DNA of 64,000 bases from an uncultured Candidatus Rokubacteria bacterium (GCA_963789955.1 CAWBMV010000037.1:320001-384000), one strand, 5' to 3'; shown: positions 1-12,136, numbered from the stretch's first letter. Notes: a model not told the origin generated them from the sequence alone. A program made the numbers and translations.

Positions 1-780
1 ACCTGCTCCACCTGGCTCACGGTGAGGTCTTCATGGTCGGCGCGTACGCCGGTCTGGCGCTCGCGCTCGCCGGCTTTCCGCCGTGGATCGTCCTGGCCGG
101 CGCCATGCTCGCCGCGGCCGCGCTCGGCGTGCTCGTCGAGCGCGTCGCGTTTCGGCCCGTCCGCAATCGCGGAAGCCACGTGACGCCGCTGATCACCACG
201 ATCGCGGTCGGGCTCGTGCTGCAGCACGTCGTGGTGAAGATCTTCGGCGCGGAGCCGGTGGCCTTCCCGGCGCCGTTCGCCTCGGCGTCGCTCGACTCTC
301 GGCCCCGTCACGCTCTCGACGCTCCAGCTCATCATCCTCGGCACGTCGGTGATGCTGATGGCACTGCTCGAGGTGTTCCTGCGATCGACGTCGACCGGCA
401 TGGCTATTCGCGCGACGGCCGAGAACCAGACGGTCGCCGGGCTCATGGGCATCAACGTGTCGCTGGCGATCGTGATCACCTTCGCGATCGCCTCGGCGCT
501 CGCCGGAGCCGCCGGCGTGCTGCTCGCCTGGAACTTCACCGGGCTCAGCCCGTTCTTCGGCGTCAAGGTCGGCCTCAAGGGGCTCGCGATCATGCTGCTG
601 GGCGGGCTCGGCAACGTCACCGGCGCGATGGTCGGCGGACTCATCATCGGCGTCGTCGAGGTGATGAGCGTCGCCTATCTCGCCTCGTCGTACCGTGACG
701 CGTTCGCGTTCGCGGTGATGATCGTGATTCTGCTCGTGCGCCCGACCGGCCTCCTCGGCGCTCGCCTGCAGACCGGCTGA
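1..780 (+). CDS. livH: Branched-chain amino acid ABC transporter permease (LivH-like), 5'-truncated, one frameshift near 300
   Basis: LAHGEVFMVGAY N-terminal motif in the frame of ORF 33..698; continues in ORF 349..780 (GMAIRATAEN, LGGLGNVTGA, LLVRPTGLLG). Confidence 0.85.
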
Positions 781-787
781 GACGGCC

Positions 788-1642
788 GTGCTCTCCGATC
801 ACACGATCTCGATCCTGATCTTCGCCGGCATCGACGTGATCATGGCGCTGTCGTTCTACCTGCCGGCCTCCGCGGGCCAGCTGTCGGCCGGCCAGGGCGG
901 CTTCATGGCGCTCGGCGCCTACACCGCGGCATACCTGACCGTGCACCACGGCGCGCCGTTTCCGCTGGCGCTCGCCGCCGGCGGGCTCGTCGGCGGGCTG
1001 GTCGGCCTCGCGGTGGGCTTTCCGGCGCTGCGCCTGCGCGGGCTCTATCTCGTGCTCGTCACCTTCGGCTTCGGCGAGGTCGTACGCGTCATCTTTCTCA
1101 ACGCGCCGGCCTTCGGCGGGCCGGCTGGATTCGCCGGCATTCCCCCCGCGACCACCATCTGGCACGTGCTCGGTCTCCTGGCCGTTCTCGTCTATTTCTT
1201 CACGCGGCTCAGCGGCTCGCGTATGGGTCGCGCCTTCGCGGCGCTGCGCGACGACGAGGCGGCCGCCGAGGCGATGGGCGTGAACTCGACATACGTGAAG
1301 CTCGCGGCGTTCGCGGCGGGCGGTGTCATCGCCGGGCTCGGCGGCGCGCTCTACGCGCACTACACGTTGTTCATCGATCCCGAGGCGTTCGGCGTCGGCC
1401 GGTCGCTCTTCGTGATGCTCTACGCGGTGTTCGGCGGCCTCGCGAGCTTCTGGGGCGCCATCGTCGGCGCGACGATCCTCTCGATCTTGCCCGAGCTGTT
1501 GCGCTGGGTGAAAGACTGGCGCGAGATCTTCTACGGACTCCTGGTGCTGACCCTGATGCTCGTCCGGCCGCAGGGCTTGCTCGACGCAACCCTGCTGGCT
1601 CGGCTGTCACTACGCGGTGAGCGAGCCGCTGCTCGCGGTTGA
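788..1642 (+). CDS. livM: Branched-chain amino acid ABC transporter permease (LivM-like)
   Basis: GQLSAGQGGFMALGAY, LRLRGLYL, GRAFAALRDDE motifs; multi-TM; operon context. Confidence 0.9.
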   Translation: MLSDHTISILIFAGIDVIMALSFYLPASAGQLSAGQGGFMALGAYTAAYLTVHHGAPFPLALAAGGLVGGLVGLAVGFPALRLRGLYLVLVTFGFGEVVRVIFLNAPAFGGPAGFAGIPPATTIWHVLGLLAVLVYFFTRLSGSRMGRAFAALRDDEAAAEAMGVNSTYVKLAAFAAGGVIAGLGGALYAHYTLFIDPEAFGVGRSLFVMLYAVFGGLASFWGAIVGATILSILPELLRWVKDWREIFYGLLVLTLMLVRPQGLLDATLLARLSLRGERAAARG

Positions 1643-2384
1643 AGGGCTCTCCCGAAGCTTCGGGAGGCTCGTCGTCCTCGCGAGCCTCGATCTCACGGTC
1701 GAGGTCGGCGGGATCCACGCGATCATCGGACCGAACGGCGCCGGCAAGACCACGTTCTTCAACCTGGTGACGGGCGCGCTCAGCCCGGACGCCGGACACA
1801 TTCGCTTCGGGGGCAGCGAGATCGGTGGCCTGCCCGCGTACCGGCGCACGGCACTCGGCATCTGCCGGACGTTCCAGAACATCCGGCTCTTCGGCTCGAT
1901 GACGGTGCGCGACAATGTCTTGCTCGGCCTGCACTGCCGGACACACGGCGGACTCCTGTCGCCGCTGCTCGGCGTTCCGTTCCGCCGGACACCAGCCGAA
2001 GTGAGCGCGCGCGAGCGCGCCGAGGAGATTCTCGCCCTGGTCGGGCTCGCGGACGCGGCCGGACGGCCGGCCATCGAGCTACCCTACGGCGAGCAGCGCC
2101 GGCTCGAGATCGCGCGGGCGCTGGCGAGCGCGCCCAGGCTCCTGCTGCTCGACGAGCCTTCCGCCGGCATGAACACGCAGGAGACGATCGAGCTCGAGGC
2201 GCTGATCGCAGAGGTCAATCGCCGCGGCGTGACCATTCTGTTGATCGAGCACAAGATGTCGCTGGTCATGCGGCTCTCGAAGGTCGTCACCGTGCTCAAC
2301 TTCGGTCAGAAGATCGCCGAAGCTCCACCGGCCGTGGTCCAGCGTGACCCACGGGTCATCGAGGCCTACCTTGGCAGTGAGTAG
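1617..2384 (+). CDS. livG: ABC ATP-binding protein (LivG-like)
   Basis: Walker A GPNGAGKTT, LPYGEQRRLEIARA, LLLDEP, C-terminal VIEAYLG. Confidence 0.92.
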   Translation: MSEPLLAVEGLSRSFGRLVVLASLDLTVEVGGIHAIIGPNGAGKTTFFNLVTGALSPDAGHIRFGGSEIGGLPAYRRTALGICRTFQNIRLFGSMTVRDNVLLGLHCRTHGGLLSPLLGVPFRRTPAEVSARERAEEILALVGLADAAGRPAIELPYGEQRRLEIARALASAPRLLLLDEPSAGMNTQETIELEALIAEVNRRGVTILLIEHKMSLVMRLSKVVTVLNFGQKIAEAPPAVVQRDPRVIEAYLGSE

Positions 2385-2440
2385 CGCTTGTCGCGCGCGT
2401 GAGGCGGGCGGGGCCTGTCATCGGGGGGCCCCGGGGCCGC

Positions 2441-3181
2441 GTGTTGCCTAGTTCTTCGGCGCTGCTCGAGGTCGAGGATCTGCATGTCAGCTATGGGCGG
2501 ATTCGCGCGTTGCAGGGCGTGAGCTTGGCGGTGCCGGAGGGTGCGGTGGTCGCGCTCATCGGCGCCAACGGGGCCGGGAAATCGACTTTGCTGCGGGCGA
2601 TCTCCGGGATCGTGCGGCCGCGGCGAGGCGCGGTGCGCTTCGGCGGCGAGAATCTCGTCGGCCTGCCCGTGCACCAGATCGTTCGCCGGCGTGTGATCCA
2701 CGTGCCCGAGGGGCGCGGCATGCTGGCGCGTATGAGCGTGCTCGAGAATCTTCGGATCGGCGGCTTCGCGCGGCGGGACCGAGCGGGCGCGGGCGCAGAG
2801 CTGGACAAGATCTTCGCGTTGTTTCCGGTGCTGCACGATCGCCGCGACCAGCTGGCGGGAAGTCTGAGCGGCGGCGAGCAGCAGATGCTCGCCATCGGTC
2901 GCGCGATGATGGCCGGCCCGCGGCTCCTGATGCTCGACGAGCCGTCGCTCGGGCTCGCGCCGCTGATCGTGCGCGAGATCTTTCGCATCATTCCACGCCT
3001 CACCGCGGAGGGCACCGCGGTGCTGCTGGTGGAGCAGAACGCGCGCATGGCACTGCAGTGCGCGGCGCACGCCTACGTTCTGCAGACCGGGCACGTGGTC
3101 CTCTCCGGCCGCGCCGCGGATCTGCTCGCCGCGCCGGAGGTGCAGCGCGCCTATCTCGGCGCGAGTGAAGTGGTCTCGTAG
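2441..3181 (+). CDS. livF: ABC ATP-binding protein (LivF-like); start uncertain (2399 or 2441)
   Basis: GANGAGKST, HVPEGR, LSGGEQQMLAIGRA, DEPSLGLAP, RAYLG. Confidence 0.92.
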   Translation: MLPSSSALLEVEDLHVSYGRIRALQGVSLAVPEGAVVALIGANGAGKSTLLRAISGIVRPRRGAVRFGGENLVGLPVHQIVRRRVIHVPEGRGMLARMSVLENLRIGGFARRDRAGAGAELDKIFALFPVLHDRRDQLAGSLSGGEQQMLAIGRAMMAGPRLLMLDEPSLGLAPLIVREIFRIIPRLTAEGTAVLLVEQNARMALQCAAHAYVLQTGHVVLSGRAADLLAAPEVQRAYLGASEVVS

Positions 3182-3193
3182 CCGAAGACCGCG

Positions 3194-4087
3194 ATGCCGG
3201 ACCTCGCGTTCTTCGTGTTTCTCGTGGCCGACGGAGCGCTGGCCGGGTCGATCTACGCCCTCGTCGCCCTGGCCTTCGTGGTCGTCTACAAGGGATCGCG
3301 GATGATCAACTTCGCGGTCGGCGAGTGGACGATGCTGGGGGCTCGAACCGCCGCGGCGGCGAGCCACACCCTGGGGCTCGGGCTCGGCGGGGCGCTCGGC
3401 GTCGGCTGCGCCGGTCTGGTCACCCTCGCGCTCCTCTTCAATCGGATCGTCCTGCGCCCGCTGCTGCGACGCTCGCTGCTGGCGCTGATCATGCTCTCGC
3501 TCGGTGTCGGCATCTTCATGCGAGGCGCCGCGACCCTGGTCTTCGCCGGCATTCCGCCGCGCATCGCCTCACCGTTTCCAGTCGAACCGCTCGTCGTCGC
3601 CGGGGTGCCGATCTCGGTCGACAAGGTCGCATCGGCCGCGATCGCGGCCGCCTGCATCGCCGCGCTGAGCTGGTTCTTCCACGGCAGCCGCACGGGCCTC
3701 GCGCTGCGCGCGGTCGCCAGCGATCAGCAGGTCGCGCTCGCGGTCGGAATCGACCTCCATCGGCACTTCGCGATCACGTGGGCGCTGGTGGGCGTGCTCT
3801 CCGTCCTGGCCGGAACGCTCTGGAGCTTCGCGTCGGGCGGCGGGTTCGGGATCGAGCTGCTCGGCTTCAAGGTGTTCCCGATCGTGATTCTCGGCGGCCT
3901 CGACAGCCTGCCGGGCACCATCATCGCCGCGTTCGCGGTCGGAATCCTCGAATCAGTGGTGGCGGGCTACGTCGATCCGATCGTCGGGGGCGGCTTCAGC
4001 CACGTCGCGTCGTACCTGGTGCTGATCGCGACGCTCTTCGTGCGCCCGTGGGGGCTCTTCGGCCGGCCCGACGTCGAGCGGGTCTGA
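3194..4087 (+). CDS. Second LivH-like ABC permease
   Basis: GSIYALVALAFVVVYKGSRMINFA, GLALRAVA, LGGLDS, RPWGLFG. Confidence 0.88.
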   Translation: MPDLAFFVFLVADGALAGSIYALVALAFVVVYKGSRMINFAVGEWTMLGARTAAAASHTLGLGLGGALGVGCAGLVTLALLFNRIVLRPLLRRSLLALIMLSLGVGIFMRGAATLVFAGIPPRIASPFPVEPLVVAGVPISVDKVASAAIAAACIAALSWFFHGSRTGLALRAVASDQQVALAVGIDLHRHFAITWALVGVLSVLAGTLWSFASGGGFGIELLGFKVFPIVILGGLDSLPGTIIAAFAVGILESVVAGYVDPIVGGGFSHVASYLVLIATLFVRPWGLFGRPDVERV

Positions 4088-4101
4088 GACCGGCTCGCCT
4101 C

Positions 4102-4512
4102 TCAGGATTCGTAGACGCGGTAGCCGCGCGCGTCGCTCTGCGCGCCGTCCTTGTAGTTGACGATCCGCTTCGGCGAGGTGTGCGTGCCGAGAAGCCGAAG
4201 CACCTCGTCGCCCACGACGCGGAAGCTGTGTGGTACCTGCGGCGGGATCGCGATCGTGTCGCCCTTGCGGAGCGTGACCTTACTGTCCTCGCGGCCGTCG
4301 ACCCACGCCTCGGCGACGCCGTCCAGGATGTGCAGGACTTCCATGTAGGGGTGGGAGTGGACGGGTGCCACGTAGCCGGGCTGCGAGGTCTGGATGCCCG
4401 TGCGGATCGGCGTGGTCCCCTCGTCGTCGCCGAGGATCAGCTGGTAGACCGCGTCCGGCCCGAACTTCACGACATCGGTCTCGTCGAGGCGCACGACCTT
4501 GAGCTCGTCCAT
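4102..4512 (-). CDS. Cupin domain protein
   Basis: HSHPYMEVLHILDG and GDTIAIPPQVPHSF cupin motifs. Confidence 0.85.
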   Translation of the reverse strand: MDELKVVRLDETDVVKFGPDAVYQLILGDDEGTTPIRTGIQTSQPGYVAPVHSHPYMEVLHILDGVAEAWVDGREDSKVTLRKGDTIAIPPQVPHSFRVVGDEVLRLLGTHTSPKRIVNYKDGAQSDARGYRVYES

Positions 4513-4587
4513 GGCTCCCTCCGTAGGTGTCTTCCGGCAGTCTCGCCCATGTGGGGAGCCGAGCGCAAGCTATGCCATGATAGGCGC

Positions 4588-5572
4588 ATGGCGCTGACCG
4601 CCGAGATCGTCAAAGCGAAAGCGCGCGAGCTCGGCGCCGACGGCGTCGGCATCGCGGACGCCTCCGTGCTCAACGCCCATCCGCCCGACCCGGCGTATCC
4701 GCAGATCCCGACGCGCGTGTCGCCCGAGATCAAGAGCTGCATCGCGTTCTTCAAGCGTATTCCGGCCGGCGCCTTCCGCGCGCGCGACAACGCGTGCATC
4801 CATCACGTCGACCAGCTCGTGCTGCGCGAGATGGACCGGGTCGGCTACCGGATCGCGCGCTTCCTCGAGGAGCACGACCACTGGGCGTTCCAGACGGCGG
4901 CGCAGGAAACCGTCTGGGAGATGAAGAGCGCGAGCTACGGCTATCTCTCCACGCGTCACGTGGCGATCGAAGCCGGTCTCGGCACGATCGGGCTCGAGCT
5001 GAATCTCCTGACGAAGGAAGCGGGGCCCGCGCTGCTACACGACCGTCGTCCTCACCGACGCCGTGCTCGAGCCGGACGGCAAGATCACCGAACAGCTCTG
5101 CATCGGCGAGCCGTGCTCGCGCTGCCTCTACTCCTGCCCGCCCGACGCCGTCCAGCACTGGGGGCTCGACAAGCGCCGCTGCGCGACGTTCGCGCAGGAG
5201 TTCGGCTTCTCGACGATCGTGCGCGTGTTCAGCGCCTTCGTCGGCGCCGACGGCGGCGGCGCCAAGCTCGAGAAGCTCGGCGGCCACGAGTGGTTCGGCA
5301 TCTGGCAGGGGCTGCTGCGCGTCGTCGGCGCCTTCGGTGATTGTCCGCGCTGCCTCGCCGTCTGCCCGGTGGGCGACGATTACAACCTGTTCCTCAAGGA
5401 GGCGCAGCGCGAGATCCCCGAGAAGAACGCCGAGAAGGTCGCGCGCGCGAGGGAGCTGCTCGGGATCCGGCGACGGGGCGAGCCGATCCGCGGCATGGCC
5501 GACGGGCGCGTTCGCTGGATCGGCGAGGACGGCTATCGCCCGCCGGCTCGGCGCGCCGGGACTCCCGCGTGA
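4588..5572 (+). CDS. Epoxyqueuosine reductase/reductive dehalogenase-like 4Fe-4S protein, paralog 1 (frameshift near 5030)
   Basis: KARELGADGVGIA, RHVAIEAGLGTIG, (GPR)CYTTVVLTD, CIGEPCSRCLYSCP and CPRCLAVCP; stitched from ORFs 3325..5340 and 5063..5572. Confidence 0.8.
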
Positions 5573-6538
5573 GCCTCACCGCCGCCGCGGTCAAGCAAAA
5601 GGCGAAGGCGCTCGGCGCCGATCTGGTCGGCATCGCCCGCGGCGAGGTGCTGGATCGTCACCCGCCCGACCCGGCGCGCCCGCAGACGCCGAGCCGCATC
5701 ACGTCTGACGATTCGAAGTCGGTCATCATCCTCGGGCGCCGGCTCCTGACCGGCATCAACCGCCTGCGCGGGCACGACGATCGGCACAAGCAGTACTCGA
5801 CCGAGCTCGTGCTGACCGATCTCGAGGAGATCGAGCTGAAGCTCGTCTACTTCCTCGAGGACGCGGGCTTTCCGTCGATCACGGTGCCGCCGGTGCATTT
5901 CGACCCGCGTCACTACGATCCCAAGGGCGACACGCGCGGGCCACTCTCGCTCGCGCACGCCGCCGTCGAGGCGGGCCTCGGCACGCTCGGCCTGAATCTC
6001 ATGCTGCTCACGCCCGAGTACGGGCCGCGCGTGATGCTCGGCGCCGTGCTCACGAACGCCGAGCTCGAGCCCGATCGGCCTCTGGGCGAGGCGCTGTGCC
6101 AGGGCGAGGCGTGCGGCCGCTGCCTGCTCGCCTGCCCCGCCGACGCGATCGGCCAGTGGACGCTCGACAAGGAACGCTGCGCTCCGCTCGCGTCGCCCTA
6201 CGGCTTCACCTATCTCATGGGCCACATCGAGCGCCTCGTGCAGTCTTCGCGTGAAGAGCAGCTCGCGCTCCTGAAGTCGAAGGAGTCGTTCATGAGCTGG
6301 CAGTCGATCCTGCGCGGCGTGGGCGTGTACTCCGGCTGCACGCGCTGCGTGGACGTGTGCCCGGTCGGGCGCGACTACGAGGCGCACTTGAAGCGACGCG
6401 CAGGACGAGATCGCCGAGCGGACGCCGGAGAAGGAGCGCCGGCTGGCGGAGATGGCGCGCCGGCGCGAGTCGGGCGACCAAGGGCCCCACTACGCACGCT
6501 CGGCGCGGTGGATCTCGGGAACCGCGGGCGGCGCTTAG
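5569..6538 (+). CDS. Epoxyqueuosine reductase/reductive dehalogenase-like 4Fe-4S protein, paralog 2 (frameshift near 6393)
   Basis: KAKALGADLVGIA, HAAVEAGLGTLG, PEYGPRVMLGAVLT, CQGEACGRCLLACP, CTRCVDVCP; shifted frame ends DAQDEIAERTPEKE...GGA*, aligning with the paralog 1 tail. Confidence 0.8.
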
Positions 6539-6595
6539 ACAGTATCCGATCGGACGCGCTGAGCGGCTCTCGGCACCGTGCTACGATCGCTGACG

Positions 6596-6996
6596 ATGGC
6601 GCTCACGTATGTCGCAGGCACGGTAACGCGACCCGGTCGACGCCGGCGTCCCGTGTCAGTTCGATTTCTCGTCGACACCGGGGCCGTCTATACGGTGTTG
6701 CCTCAGAGCGTGTGGCGTGGCCTCGGACTCAGAGGTGATCGAGTCGTCGAGTTCACGCTCGCGGACGGAACCGCGATCCGTCGCGACGTATCGGAGTGCC
6801 GCATTCAGGTCGAAGGACGGAGCGCGACTTCTCCGGTCGTCCTCGGAGGACCTACCGACGCGCCACTGCTCGGCGCCGTGACGCTCGAAACGCTCGGGCT
6901 CATGGTGAACCCGCTGACGCGGGAACTTCTGCCGATGCGCTTGATGTTGTCCGGCGTCCTCGGGGGACGACGGTCTCCCGCGCCGGGCCGTCCTAG
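6596..6996 (+). CDS. Clan AA (retropepsin-like) aspartyl protease; 3' end uncertain because the frame lacks a stop where expected
   Basis: FLVDTGAVYT catalytic motif, FTLADG flap, LLGAVTLETLGL..NP. Confidence 0.75.
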
Positions 6997-7007
6997 CCGA
7001 CACCGCC

Positions 7008-7644
7008 TCACGCGAACGGGTCGTCGCTCCGCCCCCTCGCGCCACACGTATTCCATGTTGCGCGCCGAGGTCAGCGCCATCTCGCGCCCGTGCAGCCGCG
7101 CGATGAGGCTCAGCGCCATGTCGATCCCGGCCGAGACGCCGGACGAGGTCAGCACGTTGCCGTCGTCGACCCAGCGCGCCTTGCGCTTCCAGAGCACGCG
7201 CGGGCCCTGCTGGGTCACCCAGTCCCACGCGATCTTGTTCGACGTGGCGGGCCGGCCGTCGAGCAGGCCGGTGCGCGCGAGCAAGGCCGAGCCGGTGCAG
7301 ACCGTCGTCGTGATGTGGGCGCGCCGGCTGGCGGCGGCGAGGCGCTCGAGGAACGACTGGTCGGCGACGGCTTTCCGAGAGCCGAACCCGCCCGGGATCA
7401 GAAGGATGTCGTAGTCCGGGGCCTTCTCGAAGCTCCACTCGGCCCAGCTCGCGGGTCCTTCGCCGGCCTTGACCTTCCCGGCCTCGCCCGCCATCGAGAA
7501 GATCTCGAACAACGGGCGCCGGGAGCCGTCCGGCTGAATGGTCCGGCACGAGGCGAACGCCTGGACGGGACCGTAGACGTCGAGGACGGTGAAGCCTTCG
7601 AAAAGCGCGACGGCGACCCGTTGAATTGGCGGTGCGCTGCTCAT
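7008..7644 (-). CDS. DJ-1/PfpI family protein (frameshift near the 3' end)
   Basis: LDVYGP, LLIPGG, VCTGSALLA, RWVDDGNVLTSSGVSAGIDM; corrected end DDPFA*. Confidence 0.88.
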
Positions 7645-8027
7645 GCGATGTCTCCGAGGAGCGGAACCTTCGCCTTCGCGTAGGTCAGCTTCTCCGTGAT
7701 GCGGCCGTTCACGACGTGGATGATGTCGAGTCCGCGCCACGCCGCCGGTCCGCGCTTGGTCTCGAGGGTGCACTGCCAGCGGATCAACGCTTTGCCCGCG
7801 GCGTCGTCCACGAAGAGGTCTTCCGTGTTGAAGCGCATCTTGCCGTGGTCGCCGCGGAACTGGGGCACGAACGCCGCCCTGATCGCCGCGGCGCCGCGGT
7901 TGATCGTGCCCGTGAACTCGTCGTAGACCGCGTCCTCGGCCATGAACGACATCACGCCGTCCAGGTCGTTCCGATTGAAGGCCTCGGTGAACTGGACTAC
8001 CAGGTCGGCGAGCTTCGCGCGCTCCAT
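7641..8027 (-). CDS. SnoaL-like/NTF2 family protein
   Basis: [23 protein letters not shown]...GRITEK pattern; overlaps the DJ-1 start (ATGA). Confidence 0.85.
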   Translation of the reverse strand: MERAKLADLVVQFTEAFNRNDLDGVMSFMAEDAVYDEFTGTINRGAAAIRAAFVPQFRGDHGKMRFNTEDLFVDDAAGKALIRWQCTLETKRGPAAWRGLDIIHVVNGRITEKLTYAKAKVPLLGDIA

Positions 8028-8251
8028 TCGACTCTCCTCATTCCGTCGGCCCTGTCGCTCACGGGCCGCGTCTATCCGCCGCTGGTGACGATAACGCCTC
8101 GTTCAGGTTACCGCCAGCCCCCCTGGCCTCGGGACCAGGCGGCGCGGCCCATCGGGATCCCCGGCGGCGCGGCCGACGACGAGCCCGGGCGCACGTCGTC
8201 CTACGCGCCGACGGCGTCGGCGTGCGAAGATTCTCTTCGGGAGGTGTCGAC

Positions 8252-9670
<1,419 letters not shown>

Positions 9671-9695
9671 GCGCGCCCAGCACGGCGAGGGATCA

Positions 9696-10532
9696 ATGGC
9701 GGCCGGCGATCACGAGCTCACACCGCCCCCTGAAGTCGTCGCGTACTACACCGAGTTCCCGGAAGAAGCGCGCCTCGAGCTCGGCCCCTCACGCCTGGAG
9801 CTCGAGCGCACGAAGGAGATCCTCGCGAGGGTCTTGCCTGCTCCCCCGGTCCGAATCGTCGATGTCGGCGGTGCCGCCGGCGTGTACTCGTTGTGGCTCG
9901 CCGCGCAGGGGTACGAAGTCCAGCTCGTCGACGCTTCTCCGCGTCTGATACAAGAGGCGCGGGCTCGAAGCGCGAGATCGACGACACCCATCGCGTCGTG
10001 CTCGGTCGCCGACGCTCGACGATTGCCCCAGAAGGATGCTTCGGCGGCGGGCGTCCTGGTCATGGGCCCTCTCTACCATCTGCCGTCGGAGGCGGATCGG
10101 GTGACGGCACTGCGTGAAGCGTTCCGTGTGCTCGCGCGAGGCGGCATCGGCGTGGTGGCCGCCATCTCGCGCTACGCCTCGACTCTGGACGGTCTGGCGC
10201 GAAAACTCTCTCTGGACCCACGTTTCGCGCGGATCCGCGACCGGGACCTGGCTGACGGCCAGCATCGAAACGACACAGACAACGCGGACTACTTCACGAC
10301 GGCGTACTTTCACCGGCCGGAGGACCTTCGCTCCGAGCTGGAGGCTGCCGGCTTTGCAGAGGTCAGGATACTCGGGGTCGAAGGCCCTGCGTGGATCCTG
10401 CCGGATTTCGACGCTCGGTGGGACGATGCGGCGCTCAAGAAGGACCTGCTGGACGTCGCCAGAGCACTGGAGTCGGAATCGTCTATCTTCGGTATCAGCG
10501 CTCATCTTCTGGGCATCGGTCGAAAGCCCTGA
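9696..10532 (+). CDS. Class I SAM-dependent methyltransferase
   Basis: IVDVGGAAGVY motif I, DAR.LP, MGPLYHL. Confidence 0.85.
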   Translation: MAAGDHELTPPPEVVAYYTEFPEEARLELGPSRLELERTKEILARVLPAPPVRIVDVGGAAGVYSLWLAAQGYEVQLVDASPRLIQEARARSARSTTPIASCSVADARRLPQKDASAAGVLVMGPLYHLPSEADRVTALREAFRVLARGGIGVVAAISRYASTLDGLARKLSLDPRFARIRDRDLADGQHRNDTDNADYFTTAYFHRPEDLRSELEAAGFAEVRILGVEGPAWILPDFDARWDDAALKKDLLDVARALESESSIFGISAHLLGIGRKP

Positions 10533-11017
10533 GCACCCGGCCCTCGGCCACGCACGTCGTCCTCGTGCATCCAGAGATCCACTGGAACACCGGGAACGCG
10601 GGACGGACGTGCCTCGCCACCGGGGCCACGTTGCATCTGATCGAGCCGCTCGGCTTTTCGCTCGATGACCGTGAAGTGCGGCGCGCCGGCCTCGACTACT
10701 GGGAGCACATCGACCTCCGGGTGTGGCCGAGCTGGGACGCGTTCGAGCGCGAGCTCCCGACTCTCGGCGAGCCGTATTTCTTCTCGACCAGAGCGACGCG
10801 ACTGGTCTGGGACGCGCCCCTCGGCGCCTCGAACGGTGTCGTCCTGGTCTTCGGTCGCGAAACCAACGGGCTGCCGGCCGAGCTTCAGGATCGATATCGC
10901 GATCGGCTGGTCGCGATGCCGATCCTGTCGCCCCGCGTCCGCTCGCTCAATCTCTCGACGAGCGTGGCGATCGCGGTGTACGAAGTGCTTCGGCAGCGGC
11001 GGGCCAACCAGCCATGA
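10529..11017 (+). CDS. trmL: tRNA (cytidine/uridine-34 2'-O)-methyltransferase, SPOUT family; start uncertain
   Basis: PEIHWNTGNAGRTC, RRAGLDYW, VFGRETNGLP, RSLNLS. Confidence 0.9.
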   Translation: MSTRPSATHVVLVHPEIHWNTGNAGRTCLATGATLHLIEPLGFSLDDREVRRAGLDYWEHIDLRVWPSWDAFERELPTLGEPYFFSTRATRLVWDAPLGASNGVVLVFGRETNGLPAELQDRYRDRLVAMPILSPRVRSLNLSTSVAIAVYEVLRQRRANQP

Positions 11018-11047
11018 ATCGGCGTAGTCTCAGACGGCAGGAGCCCC

Positions 11048-11749
11048 ATGGACGCGCTTGATCAGGTGCACACGCTCACCTTCGACGCCTTCGGCACGAT
11101 TCTCGATCTGGGCGGTAGTCACGCCCCGCGGCTGGGCGAGTTCCTCAAATCCAGGGGCTCCAGCATGACGACCGATGAGCTGTGGGCCCGCTGGCGGTAT
11201 CGCCAGCGCATCGAGCAGTACCAGGACAACCAGTTCTACACGGGCCACTACGGGTACCTGGATTCCTCCCGCCGTGCTCTCCTCTACACCTTGCGGTTCT
11301 CCAGGTTGCCCTTTGACGAGGCCGATATCCTCCGCATCATGGCCGGCTGGCAGGAGCTGAAGCCCTTCCCCGACGCGGTGCCCGGCCTGCAACGGCTGCG
11401 GAGCAAGTTCAAGCTGGTGGTCCTGTCCAACGGCGAGCGGGAGTTTCTGGCGCACCTGGTCAAGAACCGCATTCGCTACGACTTCGATGCGGTGATCTCG
11501 GTACAGGACGTCGGGGTCTTCAAACCGAATCCCCAGGTCTACCGCTATGCGGCTCGGATCTTGAGCGCCGAACCCGGCCAGCTGCTCATGGTGTCGTCCA
11601 ACAGCTTCGACGTGGTAGGGGCGCGCGCCTCCGGGTATCGTGGCGCCTACGTCAACCGGTACGACCTTCCCTACGACGAGACGCCGTATCGCTTCGACAT
11701 CGAGGCTCGCGACTTTCTGGAGATGGCCACGAAGCTCGGATGCAAGTAG
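11048..11749 (+). CDS. Haloacid dehalogenase type II-like (HAD) protein
   Basis: FDAFGTILD, LSNG, FKPNPQVY, VSSNSFDVVGA. Confidence 0.88.
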   Translation: MDALDQVHTLTFDAFGTILDLGGSHAPRLGEFLKSRGSSMTTDELWARWRYRQRIEQYQDNQFYTGHYGYLDSSRRALLYTLRFSRLPFDEADILRIMAGWQELKPFPDAVPGLQRLRSKFKLVVLSNGEREFLAHLVKNRIRYDFDAVISVQDVGVFKPNPQVYRYAARILSAEPGQLLMVSSNSFDVVGARASGYRGAYVNRYDLPYDETPYRFDIEARDFLEMATKLGCK

Positions 11750-11761
11750 GAGGCACTTACC

Positions 11762-12136
11762 GTGCGTGAGGACGTGACAAAGTTCATCGAAGCGTACCGA
11801 GACGCCTTCGGTCGCGGCCCGAGGGCCATCGCCGAGTTCTATTCGGAGCCGTGCGTGACGGTGAGGATAGGCGTCGTGCGCGTGAACTCGACGCGCAAGG
11901 ATACCGAAACGCTCTTCACCGACGTCGATGCGACCTATCGGGCCAGAGGATTTACGCACGGCGAAATCCTCGGTATCGACGTCGAGCTCCTCGGAGCCAA
12001 TAGCGCGCTCGCGACGGTTCAATGGGCATACATGGGCGCCTGTGAAGAGCTGCTGTGGAAGACGACGTTCTCCTACAACCTGTATCGGCGCGACGGCGCG
12101 TGGAAGATCCTCGTGCAAACGATGCACGACTCGTGA
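11762..12136 (+). CDS. NTF2-like hypothetical protein
   Basis: SD GGAGG; C-terminal DGAWKI; 124-aa NTF2-like pattern. Confidence 0.65.
   Translation: MREDVTKFIEAYRDAFGRGPRAIAEFYSEPCVTVRIGVVRVNSTRKDTETLFTDVDATYRARGFTHGEILGIDVELLGANSALATVQWAYMGACEELLWKTTFSYNLYRRDGAWKILVQTMHDS

Noticed and set aside
4588..6538. Respiratory reductive dehalogenase (rdhA) or true queG call
   Set aside because: No Tat signal or rdhB anchor gene, and I cannot confirm QueG-specific motifs; left as family-like.
6596..6996. Retroviral-type protease as evidence of a retroelement
   Set aside because: Stand-alone clan AA proteases are common in bacteria; no reverse transcriptase or integrase nearby.
8090..8250. Glutamine (glnA) riboswitch upstream of gdhA
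   Set aside because: Only CGTTCA matches; the remaining conserved elements are absent.
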